Virus record (IMG/VR): IMGVR_UViG_3300004369_000107
Span: 1-27,990 of that record
Source: a virus
Taxonomy: Duplodnaviria; Caudoviricetes
Length of the DNA: 27,990 nt
Strand: one strand, 5' to 3'
Part shown: in pieces, positions 1 through 8,121 of the stretch
Position numbering within the stretch: the first letter of the stretch is position 1
Layout of the letters: each line of letters starts with the position of its first letter
The notes under the pieces: generated by a model
What the model saw: only the letters and a program-made list of their open reading frames with translations
The model's database searches: none
Told to the model about the DNA's origin: nothing
Position numbers and translations under genes: made by a program

Positions 1-80
1 ATTGATTTAACTGATCTTTCAGTAACCAGTAATGCAGCCTCAGGTGGAGGAGCATTAAGTTACAATAATACCACAGGTGT
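1..80. repeat. Terminal overlap: identical to 27911-27990 (and to 27797-27876)
   Basis: ATTGATTTAACTGATCTTTC...ACCACAGGTGT occurs at both ends of the window. This suggests a circular or terminally redundant assembly of ~27,910 bp, but the overlap lies inside a 114-bp tandem repeat. Confidence 0.9.
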
Positions 81-498
81 TTTTGGTTTTACACCACCTG
101 ATTTGACCAGTTATGGTACATTAAGCAATGTAGTTGAAGATACTACACCTCAATTAGGAGGCACACTAGATTGTCAAGGTAATACTGTTAGCAATCCGGT
201 ATTAAAAGATTATGCAGAAACCATTTACAGTTTAGGATCAACTGACACACCTACAATTACCATTTCAAATGGTAATGTACAATCAGTTACTATTACTTCA
301 GGTCTGTCATTACCTGCGTTTTCAGATGCAGCAACAGGTCAATCAGTTACACTAATAGTATCAGGTTCAGGTACAGCTACAGGTACAGCAGCATATAAAT
401 TTGCAGGCGGTAATACTACATTAACAACTTTAAGTGTTGTAAGCATTTTTTATAATGGTACTAATTACTTTGCTAGCATTGCAACAGATTTTCAATAA
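1..498 (+). CDS. C-terminal part of the virion fibre-like protein that starts at 27593 and crosses the junction
   Basis: Frame 1 is open from base 1 (IDLTDLSVTSNAASGGGALSYNNTTGVFGFTPPDLTSY), then EDTTPQLGGTLD and a beta-rich C-terminus (YKFAGGNTTLTT..VVSIFYNGTNYFASI). It is in frame with 27593 (27911-27593=318). The track's start at 103 is not the true start. Confidence 0.8.
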   Translation: MDLTDLSVTSNAASGGGALSYNNTTGVFGFTPPDLTSYGTLSNVVEDTTPQLGGTLDCQGNTVSNPVLKDYAETIYSLGSTDTPTITISNGNVQSVTITSGLSLPAFSDAATGQSVTLIVSGSGTATGTAAYKFAGGNTTLTTLSVVSIFYNGTNYFASIATDFQ

Positions 499-507
499 GG
501 AGTAGAT

Positions 508-2526
508 ATGCCATTAGGAGCAGCAAGACTAACACTATTAGCATTTCAACCCACAGTTGCGGTAGGAGCAGAAGTCATTCGCAAGAAAGTTGGGATATTT
601 TCAAACGGAGTAGACATTGCAACAGCAGACAGCAAATTTGGCGGTTCAAGTATATTTGTTAATAACACCAGTTCCACAGACAATGTTGAAATAGATGATG
701 CATCAAACACACAATTTAGATTAGGATCTACTTTTACTATAGAAGGTTGGTTCAAACCTGGACTAACAGGAGATAGATTTTGGAGTTTTAAAGGTGTTAA
801 CACCTCCAACGGTTTTGGTTTAGGCATTAGTAGTAATTGGATTATTTTTAGACACGCAGGTACAACAGATCTAAAATATTCAAGATCAGACAGTAATTGG
901 CAACACATAGCATTTGTGTCAGATGGAACCAACAAACAAATATATTACAATGGTAGTCAGGTAGCAACTACAACTGCAACTTTGAATATCACTGACACAA
1001 CCAATCTAAGAATAGGTAATGAACTTACAAATTCAACTTTTGGATACTATGGTTATATTGATGAAGTGCGTATTTCCAACACAGCAAGATATACTGGTTC
1101 TTATACAATACCTACAGCACCATTCGTCAATGACGACAACACACTACTATTGCTACACATGAACGGCACAGATGGTTCAACTTATTTTGAAGATGACAAT
1201 GGTGTAGGTAGGAGTGCAGTTGGGGTATCGGCTTTAGGCAATGCACAGGTAGACACAGCACAATCTAAGTTTGGTGGGGCAAGTGCTACATTTGATGGCA
1301 CTGGTGATTATCTACAGGTTCCTTATTCATCAGACTTCCATTGGAATTCCGGCGACTTTACTATTGAATTTTGGATTAGAACAAACTCCACACATTCATC
1401 AACAGTACCACCTACAATTGGTATGATGAATCCCACTACTGGTTTAAATTATTGGAGTTTTGGTGTTGATAATAACAATCTACTTGAATTTTATTATTTT
1501 AACGGCAGCACAGTATCTGTAGTTGGTAGCACAACTATATCTACAGCCGTTTGGCATCATGTTGCAATGACTTATAGAAGCAGTAATAATACTATCAAAC
1601 TTTGGCTTAACGGCACGAATGAAGTCAGTGCAACTGTTAGTGGAACTCCTCAATTTACAACCTATGGTGCTATTCCAGTAACTATTGGACAATATAATAA
1701 TGTTGGTTTTAATGGACATTTAGACGAAATTAGGATTTCCAACACCCGAAGATATACCAGTAATTTTACAACAGCGTCTGTTCCGCATGTAAATGACTCA
1801 AATACGCTACTATTATTGCATATGGATGGCAGTGATACATCAACAGACTTCCGTGATGACAATGGTAAGGATAGATACCCATTGCCTATACAAGCATTAT
1901 CAGATACCCAAATTTCGACCACAGCCTCTAAATTTGGAGGTACCAGCATTAAATTTGTTACCTCAGGTAGTTATGCAGAGGTAGTTGCCGCTGAATCGCC
2001 TGCATTTGGCAGCGGTGAATTCACTATAGAATTTTGGTTATATTATACAGCCATACCAACCACTGCCGCTAGTATGCTTTGGGATCAACGCCCAGGCTCA
2101 AATGGTGCTTACCCATTGATATGGACTGAAGGTAATAGCAAAGCAAATATAAATTACTTCGTATCAAGTTCAGCAAGGATAGCTACTGGAGCAGTTTTGT
2201 CAGCTAATACATGGCATCATGTGGCTATAACTAGAGATTCATCAGCTGACCATAAATGTTATGTTGATGGGGTAAAACAAGGTGCAACCTGGAATAGCAC
2301 AACGAGTTATCTCGCAGGTAGATTAAGGATTGGTGCTAATATGAATGGTGTTAATATTGTTCCTGGTTATATGGATGAAATCCGTGCTAGCAGTGTATGT
2401 AGATATACTGCAGCCTTCACACCGCCTTCAGCACCATTCCAAAATGATGCAGATACAATATTATTGCTACACGGTCATGGATCAAACACAAATACCTTCT
2501 TGTTAGATGATAATGGGTTTTATTAA
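508..2526 (+). CDS. Virion adhesin with three tandem LamG/concanavalin A-like lectin domains
   Basis: Three repeats of SKFGG.S ... FTIE.W ... W.H.A ... G.(I/L/M)DE.R.S...RYT..FT....PF.ND..T.LLLH..G. AAGGAG RBS upstream. Confidence 0.85.
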   Translation: MPLGAARLTLLAFQPTVAVGAEVIRKKVGIFSNGVDIATADSKFGGSSIFVNNTSSTDNVEIDDASNTQFRLGSTFTIEGWFKPGLTGDRFWSFKGVNTSNGFGLGISSNWIIFRHAGTTDLKYSRSDSNWQHIAFVSDGTNKQIYYNGSQVATTTATLNITDTTNLRIGNELTNSTFGYYGYIDEVRISNTARYTGSYTIPTAPFVNDDNTLLLLHMNGTDGSTYFEDDNGVGRSAVGVSALGNAQVDTAQSKFGGASATFDGTGDYLQVPYSSDFHWNSGDFTIEFWIRTNSTHSSTVPPTIGMMNPTTGLNYWSFGVDNNNLLEFYYFNGSTVSVVGSTTISTAVWHHVAMTYRSSNNTIKLWLNGTNEVSATVSGTPQFTTYGAIPVTIGQYNNVGFNGHLDEIRISNTRRYTSNFTTASVPHVNDSNTLLLLHMDGSDTSTDFRDDNGKDRYPLPIQALSDTQISTTASKFGGTSIKFVTSGSYAEVVAAESPAFGSGEFTIEFWLYYTAIPTTAASMLWDQRPGSNGAYPLIWTEGNSKANINYFVSSSARIATGAVLSANTWHHVAITRDSSADHKCYVDGVKQGATWNSTTSYLAGRLRIGANMNGVNIVPGYMDEIRASSVCRYTAAFTPPSAPFQNDADTILLLHGHGSNTNTFLLDDNGFY

Positions 2527-2537
2527 AGGAATAAGGA

Positions 2538-5500
2538 ATGGCTGAATATTATATAGAAGCTGGTTATATTGATCCCGCTTATTTTGAAAGACAGATTGAT
2601 TCAGGTACCATCGCAGTAACCTCAGCATTCTCACCAGTTTTTACGGTAGATATTGCAGATGACACAGGATACTTCATTCCTGATTATATACAAGTAGATT
2701 ATATTGCTGCTGCAGTAACAGAAGCCGCTGCCGATATAACAGCTTCAGCTACAGTAGCTGCAACAGTAGGAGTACAAAAACCATTTACAGTTGACATCGG
2801 CGCCGCCTGCACCATCGCAATTGCAGGTTCAAGGACCAGGTCGGATTCAGCTGACATAACCAGTCAAGCCACTGTAACAGCCACAGTGTTTAGGTCACAA
2901 GATTTTGCAGCAGCCATTAGTGCCAGTAACACCCTTGCATTAACAGCCGTACGGATACGGAATTATTCAAGTGATCTCACTGGATCAGCCACTGCGGCTG
3001 CGGTAATTGGTGTCAAAAAACCATTTGCTGCAGTTGTAACCACCGCTTTTGCCTGTGACCCCACTGTTTCAGTAATCACTGACACCACCGTTTCCTTAAA
3101 TACCCTCGTAACACAAACTGTTGTAATTGGTAAACTAGAAGAAATTTCACTTGCACCTGCTTTTGTGGCCAGTCTAACCTTGTTGGCTGGTCTCTTAGAA
3201 ACAGGTACAGCTATCATCAGCTCCACAGCGGCCCTAACAGCTACAGCCATAGAATATCGCACAAGGGCAGTAGATGGAATAGGTAATAGACCAATCAATT
3301 GGACAGCTTATTATCCAAACACCTCTAATCCTGTCGCATTACCTACCATAGATTTTGCATTTGATACCTCAGTCTATAAGTATGGTACAGCCAGTTTAAG
3401 GATTAAAAATGATAACTACACTGATCCTTATGCTAGTGTAAGCACTGACAGTTTATTACCCTCAGGTCAAACCACCTATGATTTTGCTGCACAGAATGAA
3501 GATTTTGTTGTAGAATTTTGGTGGCGTAGGAATTTATCGACTAGTGGTACCGGGACTGAACCAGTTATATTTTGGATAGGTAATGCTAACCAACAACCTA
3601 CTCAAAGGTCTAGTTTCACCATTTCTAATAGTGGTGATCGTTTCATCATGGGTATGATAGAAGATGTTTCATACAGGAGATTAGGACTTTATTATTGGGA
3701 TGCCGATAAAACTAGATACAGTTTAGATACCAGTCTCAATAGTTTTCCTAGTTCCAACAACACATGGTATCATATTGCAGTACAAAGAGCAGGTTCAACC
3801 TTAGCAGTAAAATTAAATGGATCCACAATTGCAAGTACTACATTCTCCAGTCAATTTAACCAATTCAGCGGTTTAAAAAATAGATTTAATATTACACAAG
3901 GTTACAGTTTAAGTGGTACATCAAGTGTAGGTGTATACTTTGACAGCATACACTATGCAAGAGGGGATTCCACAATCCGTGGACTCAGCGCTCATCCTTA
4001 TAACACAGAAGATACTGTTTTCTTAGCCAGTTTTGACAGTGTTCTCACTGATGATTTAGCCAACTTCACATTAGAATACACGGCCACAGCGGCCACAACT
4101 GCAACCTTAACTGCTGGTGCAACAAGAGCAGTAGCAGGTAGTGCTGATTTAACAGCGAACTCGGTCCAGGCAGCGGAGGTCAATAAAACTGTTACCACAA
4201 CAGCAGCCGTTGACGGTGCGGTAACCATTGCAGTCTCTGCTGCGAGATTGAGATCCACTGACACGGCCAGTGCGGCTGAATCAACACTAGCAGCCACAGC
4301 AGTGAGGATAAAACAGTTATCAACACCGATGAGCACCCAAGCGGCTGCCGAGATTGCGCCTGTTAAAACTGCCAGCACAGGTGCAGTCGTTGACGCCGTC
4401 ACCGTTTTAACTGCCACTGGATACCGAACACAAGAAACGGTTTTAACTGCATTTACTGATGCAGCGGTCACTGCTGCACCTGTGGTTACTAGATCTGGTT
4501 CCAGTGACAGCACAGTTACGGCCAGTGTCAACGCTACAGCAGTGAGGATAAAACCATTGGCTGCCTCAGTGTTAGCTGAGTTCAGTACCACAGCCGCAGC
4601 TGAATCAAATAGACTGTTCTTCAGTGACCAGACCTCAGTCAGCTCCGTGAGTGCGAGTGCGTCAAGGACTAGAGATACCGGATCTGATCACCTAGTCGTG
4701 TTTACACAAGCGGTTACGGCTAATAATCTTGGTGTTATTGAAGCCGTAATAGCCGGTGTAACCGAGATAACTGCGGATCCGCAGAGGATAAGGACCACAG
4801 ACGCAGAAGTGTCTGTCACAGCTGACAGTTCAGCCACAGCCACAAGGATTCGACCTGGCTCAGCTGCGGTCACCACGGTTTCCACAATCCTAATCGCAGC
4901 GGTTAAGACTGCTGTTACAGGATCCACACCGAGTGCCGAATCGGTTTCCTCGGCAACTGCGACAAGGATCCGCAGTTTTGAGTCTGTTCAGTCAATTCTA
5001 GCCACTGTGACTGCCACAGGTAGTAGACAAGGTGTAATAGAATTAACTGCATTCACCACGGCCAGTATTACTGCAGTACCTGAGATCACAAGATCAACAC
5101 CTGCTGATTTATCCACGGTAACACAGGCCGCGATCTCAGCAGTTAAACGGGTGTCAGCACTGAGTCAAGCGGATTCTGTAGCCACCGCAACCACAGCACC
5201 CGTAAAAACAGCCAGTGCACAGGCAGTGTTCTCTGGAGCATTTTCACCTGTATTAACAGCCTCAGTGACAAGGCGAGGTTTGGTTGCGGTCACAGTGACG
5301 ACTGAATTAACCGCCACTGCCGGAGTAACAAGACTGTTTGACTCAGCTGCGGTCGTCGAGAGCACACTAGTGATCACAGCTGGTAAACTGGTGTCAGCTC
5401 AAGTCACCATAGATTCAGCAATGACATTTACAAGTGCAATCCGTGACCTAAGGATTGAAACCGTAAGTTATAAGATACCTGGTGAAACAAGACTTTATCA

Positions 5501-5570
5501 AATAGTGGGTGAATCAAGACTGCGTTCGATTGCAGGCGAAACCCGAATATTCCAAATTAATCAATATTAA
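2538..5570 (+). CDS. Ala/Thr-rich repetitive fibre-like virion protein with a central LamG-like domain
   Basis: 1010 aa. Short ~19-20 aa Ala/Thr/Val repeats (e.g. TLAATAVRIK) flank a LamG-like core (YKYGTASL...DFVVEFWW...TWYHIAVQR...FDSIHYARG). AAGGA RBS. Confidence 0.75.
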   Translation: MAEYYIEAGYIDPAYFERQIDSGTIAVTSAFSPVFTVDIADDTGYFIPDYIQVDYIAAAVTEAAADITASATVAATVGVQKPFTVDIGAACTIAIAGSRTRSDSADITSQATVTATVFRSQDFAAAISASNTLALTAVRIRNYSSDLTGSATAAAVIGVKKPFAAVVTTAFACDPTVSVITDTTVSLNTLVTQTVVIGKLEEISLAPAFVASLTLLAGLLETGTAIISSTAALTATAIEYRTRAVDGIGNRPINWTAYYPNTSNPVALPTIDFAFDTSVYKYGTASLRIKNDNYTDPYASVSTDSLLPSGQTTYDFAAQNEDFVVEFWWRRNLSTSGTGTEPVIFWIGNANQQPTQRSSFTISNSGDRFIMGMIEDVSYRRLGLYYWDADKTRYSLDTSLNSFPSSNNTWYHIAVQRAGSTLAVKLNGSTIASTTFSSQFNQFSGLKNRFNITQGYSLSGTSSVGVYFDSIHYARGDSTIRGLSAHPYNTEDTVFLASFDSVLTDDLANFTLEYTATAATTATLTAGATRAVAGSADLTANSVQAAEVNKTVTTTAAVDGAVTIAVSAARLRSTDTASAAESTLAATAVRIKQLSTPMSTQAAAEIAPVKTASTGAVVDAVTVLTATGYRTQETVLTAFTDAAVTAAPVVTRSGSSDSTVTASVNATAVRIKPLAASVLAEFSTTAAAESNRLFFSDQTSVSSVSASASRTRDTGSDHLVVFTQAVTANNLGVIEAVIAGVTEITADPQRIRTTDAEVSVTADSSATATRIRPGSAAVTTVSTILIAAVKTAVTGSTPSAESVSSATATRIRSFESVQSILATVTATGSRQGVIELTAFTTASITAVPEITRSTPADLSTVTQAAISAVKRVSALSQADSVATATTAPVKTASAQAVFSGAFSPVLTASVTRRGLVAVTVTTELTATAGVTRLFDSAAVVESTLVITAGKLVSAQVTIDSAMTFTSAIRDLRIETVSYKIPGETRLYQIVGESRLRSIAGETRIFQINQY

Positions 5571-5580
5571 GGAGCAAACG

Positions 5581-5910
5581 ATGGCTATCCGTTCAGGTTT
5601 TGAACAAACAATACAGGGCTTGACAATCCAAAAAGATACTGAAGCCCAACTAATTTATACATTTGATTGGAGTGAATGGTTACCCGAAGGGGATACTATT
5701 AGCACCAGTAATTACACAGTTACAGCTAGATCTAATGACCCAGATCCATTAGCAATTGAATCACAAGGTTTAAGCGGTGACAACACCTATGTTGAACTAA
5801 GTAATGGACAAGAAGGCAAGACATACACAGTTACCTGCCAGATAACCACAGGAAATGGCCTAATTGACAGGAGGAATTTCCGTGTAAAGGTACTTGCTCG
5901 GAGTGCATGA
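5581..5910 (+). CDS. Putative fibre-tail adaptor protein (109 aa)
   Basis: AAGGAG at 5569-5574 precedes ATG 5581, a better start than 5509. The motif KD.EA.L.YTFDWSEWL.EGDTI...G.TY.VTCQITT..G...R.F is one I recognise from phage fibre adaptor proteins. Confidence 0.6.
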   Translation: MAIRSGFEQTIQGLTIQKDTEAQLIYTFDWSEWLPEGDTISTSNYTVTARSNDPDPLAIESQGLSGDNTYVELSNGQEGKTYTVTCQITTGNGLIDRRNFRVKVLARSA

Positions 5911-6158
5911 TGAGTTTAGAAGATGAAAGTACAGATCTAAAGTTGCACACTCATCTTTGCTCAGAAAGATATAAAGGCATCCATGATCAGATGCACAATA
6001 TTGATCAACGGATAGATAAAATAGAGCATAAAATAGATACACTGCACAATACTATTATTGAGCAAGGTAAAGCAATGCGTAATACATTAATATTTGCTAT
6101 GCTTACTATTACAGCGAGTTTAATAAGCATTATAGGAGTATTACTCAATGGTTCCTAA
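5907..6158 (+). CDS. Small coiled-coil protein with C-terminal transmembrane helix (XhlA/holin-like architecture)
   Basis: L..H..LC.ERY motif, heptad segment (IDQRIDKIEHKIDTL), then hydrophobic LIFAMLTITASLISIIGVLL. Confidence 0.6.
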   Translation: MMSLEDESTDLKLHTHLCSERYKGIHDQMHNIDQRIDKIEHKIDTLHNTIIEQGKAMRNTLIFAMLTITASLISIIGVLLNGS

Positions 6159-6324
6159 ACTGATACAACAGGCTAGACTAGAGATCTGTCATCAGTGTGA
6201 ACACTATCAGAGTAGATTTGGTCAATGTGGTGTATGTCATTGTTTTATGGTATTAAAGACAAGACTAAATGGAGCAGAGTGCCCCAAGAAAAAATGGTTA
6301 AAATATGCAAAAAGATCTACATGA
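6148..6324 (+). CDS. 58-aa Cys-rich Zn-binding protein (DUF6171-like), absent from the ORF track
   Basis: AGGAG at 6134-6138, ATG 6148. Translation MVPKLIQQARLEICHQCEHYQSRFGQCGVCHCFMVLKTRLNGAECPKKKWLKYAKRST has the pattern RL.IC..C...C..C.CF...K......CP..KW. Confidence 0.75.
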   Translation: MVPKLIQQARLEICHQCEHYQSRFGQCGVCHCFMVLKTRLNGAECPKKKWLKYAKRST

Positions 6325-6613
6325 TCAACAAGTACGGGAATGGTTTAAAACCCGTCGGACCACAAATCCAACACTGCCAATTGATTGTGTTCGATTAAAA
6401 GACCAATCACGGATATGTGAAGATTGTGGAAAACGATTACCAGCACAACGGATAGTCCGTATTAGCCAGCGTACATGGCCAGAACGACATTGGCATCACT
6501 ACTGTGAAGCCTGTCGTTGTTATAGAGATCCAATAACAGGTGAATACTCAATACCATATGGTGATAGTGACCGATTTAATCGTTATTTAGATAAAAATTG
6601 GCAACGGAGATAA
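6305..6613 (+). CDS. Hypothetical Zn-ribbon protein
   Basis: CEDC...CEAC pairs, Arg-rich, 102 aa. Confidence 0.65.
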   Translation: MQKDLHDQQVREWFKTRRTTNPTLPIDCVRLKDQSRICEDCGKRLPAQRIVRISQRTWPERHWHHYCEACRCYRDPITGEYSIPYGDSDRFNRYLDKNWQRR

Positions 6614-6616
6614 ATA
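6609..6616 (+). promoter_or_regulatory. Candidate T4-type late promoter GATAAATA
   Basis: Matches NATAAATA. It overlaps the stop of the upstream ORF and sits just before a structured non-coding segment. Confidence 0.5.
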
Positions 6617-6620
6617 CGAG

Positions 6621-6723
6621 TGCAGGATGATTCACTATGTTTACTGCCATTAGCATAGTGGCTTTTTCAAGCTCACGAAAAAGTTAAACTCCCTGGATAC
6701 CCCTTATCCAATTGCATCCTGTG
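6621..6723 (+). ncRNA. Candidate four-way-junction structured RNA (or ssDNA)
   Basis: Closing stem TGCAGGATG (6621-6629) / CATCCTGTG (6715-6723) encloses three hairpins: CACTATGTT/AGCATAGTG, CTTTTTC/GAAAAAG and TGGATA/TATCCA. Confidence 0.55.
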
Positions 6724-6739
6724 ATTTATCCTAATAATT

Positions 6740-6786
6740 TTTTCTGACTACACAGGGTCCTGCCACGGGGCCCTTGTGCAGGAAAA
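6740..6786. terminator. GC-rich hairpin, possible terminator or 3' stabilising stem
   Basis: CACAGGGTCC...GGGCCCTTGTG stem, extended by TTTTCTG/CAGGAAAA. There is no downstream T-run on + strand. Confidence 0.45.
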
Positions 6787-6801
6787 TATCAAAAAAAACC
6801 A

Positions 6802-6835
6802 TTTACAAACAGTTTTTTTTAATATATAATAAATA
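6802..6835 (+). promoter_or_regulatory. Near-consensus sigma70 promoter overlapping a late-type ATAAATA
   Basis: TTTACA (6802-6807), 17-nt spacer, TATAAT (6825-6830). A-tract upstream (6791-6798). ATAAATA at 6829-6835. Confidence 0.7.
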
Positions 6836-6853
6836 ATATTATTAGGAACCAAT

Positions 6854-7183
6854 ATGGAAACAGATTTTACACGACACAAACAAATTGATCCAGAACAGAT
6901 CTCAGCGCATCCAGTACGAGTGGATCTAGAACTGTTGTTACGGATTAGACAACAGTTTTGGCGTGAGATGACGAATCATCAGCGTGGTCAATGGGCTGCA
7001 TATTGGGACCGTGTATATTTTAAACAAAGACCATTAAAACAGGCATTTTTACAGGCACTAGCAGAAACAGTCAATCAATTCGCAGGATCTAAAAGGCAAC
7101 AAAGGCAACCGAGGCAACAAAAATCCACTGCCGATATCGTGGCTAAAACAGTGGACACCTGTCAATCTCCTCCTTGGGATTGA
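6854..7183 (+). CDS. Hypothetical protein (109 aa), probable early gene
   Basis: AGGA RBS, directly downstream of the sigma70 promoter. No family recognised. Confidence 0.7.
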   Translation: METDFTRHKQIDPEQISAHPVRVDLELLLRIRQQFWREMTNHQRGQWAAYWDRVYFKQRPLKQAFLQALAETVNQFAGSKRQQRQPRQQKSTADIVAKTVDTCQSPPWD

Positions 7184-7545
7184 CACCGACAGGTGGCGCC
7201 TGGACTACCTCCCAGTACACTAGTACAGTAGGTGAGAGTTATACATAGTCAAGCTTCTCTCAGAAATGTCACAAGGAGTCGTCAAGAGCAGTAATACTGC
7301 CGCTCCATCGACGATGTGCTAATGGTAACAGCATCGGGTGCACGAGCACCTTTTTTTTGTGATGGCTGTTACATTAGCCATCGTTTGACTTCAACTCCAT
7401 GTCTCAATTAGATACTAACTCGATTACAGAGTATCACTTGCGATAGCAAATTCCAAGTTGATATCAACTGACAGTTGAACGAAGTGAAACTGACAGATTG
7501 ATTCAACGCAGGAAGGACGGCGTAGCTGGACTTGGAGAATCAATT
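7156..7545. other. Non-coding, hairpin-dense region; candidate origin or structured RNA
   Basis: Inverted repeats include CACCTGTC/GACAGGTG, TGTCAATCTC/GGGATTGACA, TGAGAG/CTCTCA, a long hairpin at 7311-7384, the palindrome GTTGATATCAAC (7457-7468), a hairpin at 7463-7502 and CGGC-GTA-GCTG. Confidence 0.6.
7336..7358 (+). terminator. Rho-independent terminator-like hairpin
   Basis: GGTGC-ACGA-GCACC followed by T8. Confidence 0.6.
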
Positions 7546-7572
7546 AAACCACTAGGCAATTTAAGGACCGAT

Positions 7573-7668
7573 ATGACCGAAGAATCAAATCAAATTGGCC
7601 GTGTAACACTCGATAATTCGTGTGTGAGCGGGCCGGAATCGTTTACCCTAGAACTGGAGACCCTATGA
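7573..7668 (+). CDS. 31-aa mini-ORF whose N-terminus duplicates that of 7832..8116
   Basis: AAGGA RBS. Translation MTEESNQIGRVTLDNSCVSGPESFTLELETL. The stop overlaps the next ATG (ATGA). Confidence 0.45.
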   Translation: MTEESNQIGRVTLDNSCVSGPESFTLELETL

Positions 7669-7835
7669 AAAACCGATTAGTCACCTGGCGAGTTCGCCAT
7701 GCAAATGGTACGGTGATAGAGATGTCACTGCCCAAGATGGCGAGAAGTCGGGTGAAGGCCATAGTGGAGGCTGATGCCCGGTCCACGGGTACCCGTGTCG
7801 TGTTCTTCACTGATCGGCCGCTTGGACCGGTATGA
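7665..7835 (+). CDS. Hypothetical protein (56 aa, MKNRLVTWRVRH...)
   Basis: GGAG RBS and an ATGA-coupled start at 7665, preferred to GTG at 7620. The stop is ATGA-coupled to the next ORF. Confidence 0.6.
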   Translation: MKNRLVTWRVRHANGTVIEMSLPKMARSRVKAIVEADARSTGTRVVFFTDRPLGPV

Positions 7836-8116
7836 CCGAAAATCAAATTGGCCGTGTAACAGAATATAATTTTTGTGTGAGTAGGCATGAATTCAGAGAT
7901 GAATACTTCTGGGAATTTACGACTGTGGAAGAATACTCAAGGCAGAGGCTAGGTGATGGAGCAGTTGATGAAATCTTAGCCCAGAAAGGTGGATTACTAG
8001 TCGCGGATCCACCCTGTGCGGATCCAAGGCAACATCGGGTTGAAATATGGGTATCAGCACCCAATCAGTATCAATTGGCTTTATTCCAACTGAAATTTGG
8101 TTACTTAGATAAATAA
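7832..8116 (+). CDS. Hypothetical protein (94 aa)
   Basis: ATGA coupling. It ends in ..LALFQLKFG, a C-terminal F.LK(F/W) pattern I associate with small phage proteins. Confidence 0.65.
   Translation: MTENQIGRVTEYNFCVSRHEFRDEYFWEFTTVEEYSRQRLGDGAVDEILAQKGGLLVADPPCADPRQHRVEIWVSAPNQYQLALFQLKFGYLDK
8108..8115 (+). promoter_or_regulatory. Candidate T4-type late promoter GATAAATA ahead of the block leading to terminase and portal
   Basis: NATAAATA lies 6 nt before ATG 8122, which has no Shine-Dalgarno. It is part of the inverted repeat ATAAATA-A-TATTTAT (8109-8123). Confidence 0.6.
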
Positions 8117-8121
8117 TATTT

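Larger units (their letters stand above)
7565..7881 (+). repeat. Imperfect ~60-bp direct repeat pair (7565-7628 and 7824-7881)
   Basis: Both copies read GGACCG.TATGACCGAA...AAATCAAATTGGCCGTGTAACA....ATAATT..TGTGTGAG. The identical 22-bp core is at 7587-7608 and 7840-7861. Confidence 0.9.

Noticed and set aside
6621-6723. tRNA gene
   Set aside because: It is cloverleaf-like, but arm lengths are wrong and there is no TTCRA T-loop, D-loop GG or CCA. Kept as an unknown structured RNA.
7184-7560. Retron msr/msd or group I/II intron
   Set aside because: No reverse transcriptase, no interrupted gene and no recognisable catalytic core motifs.
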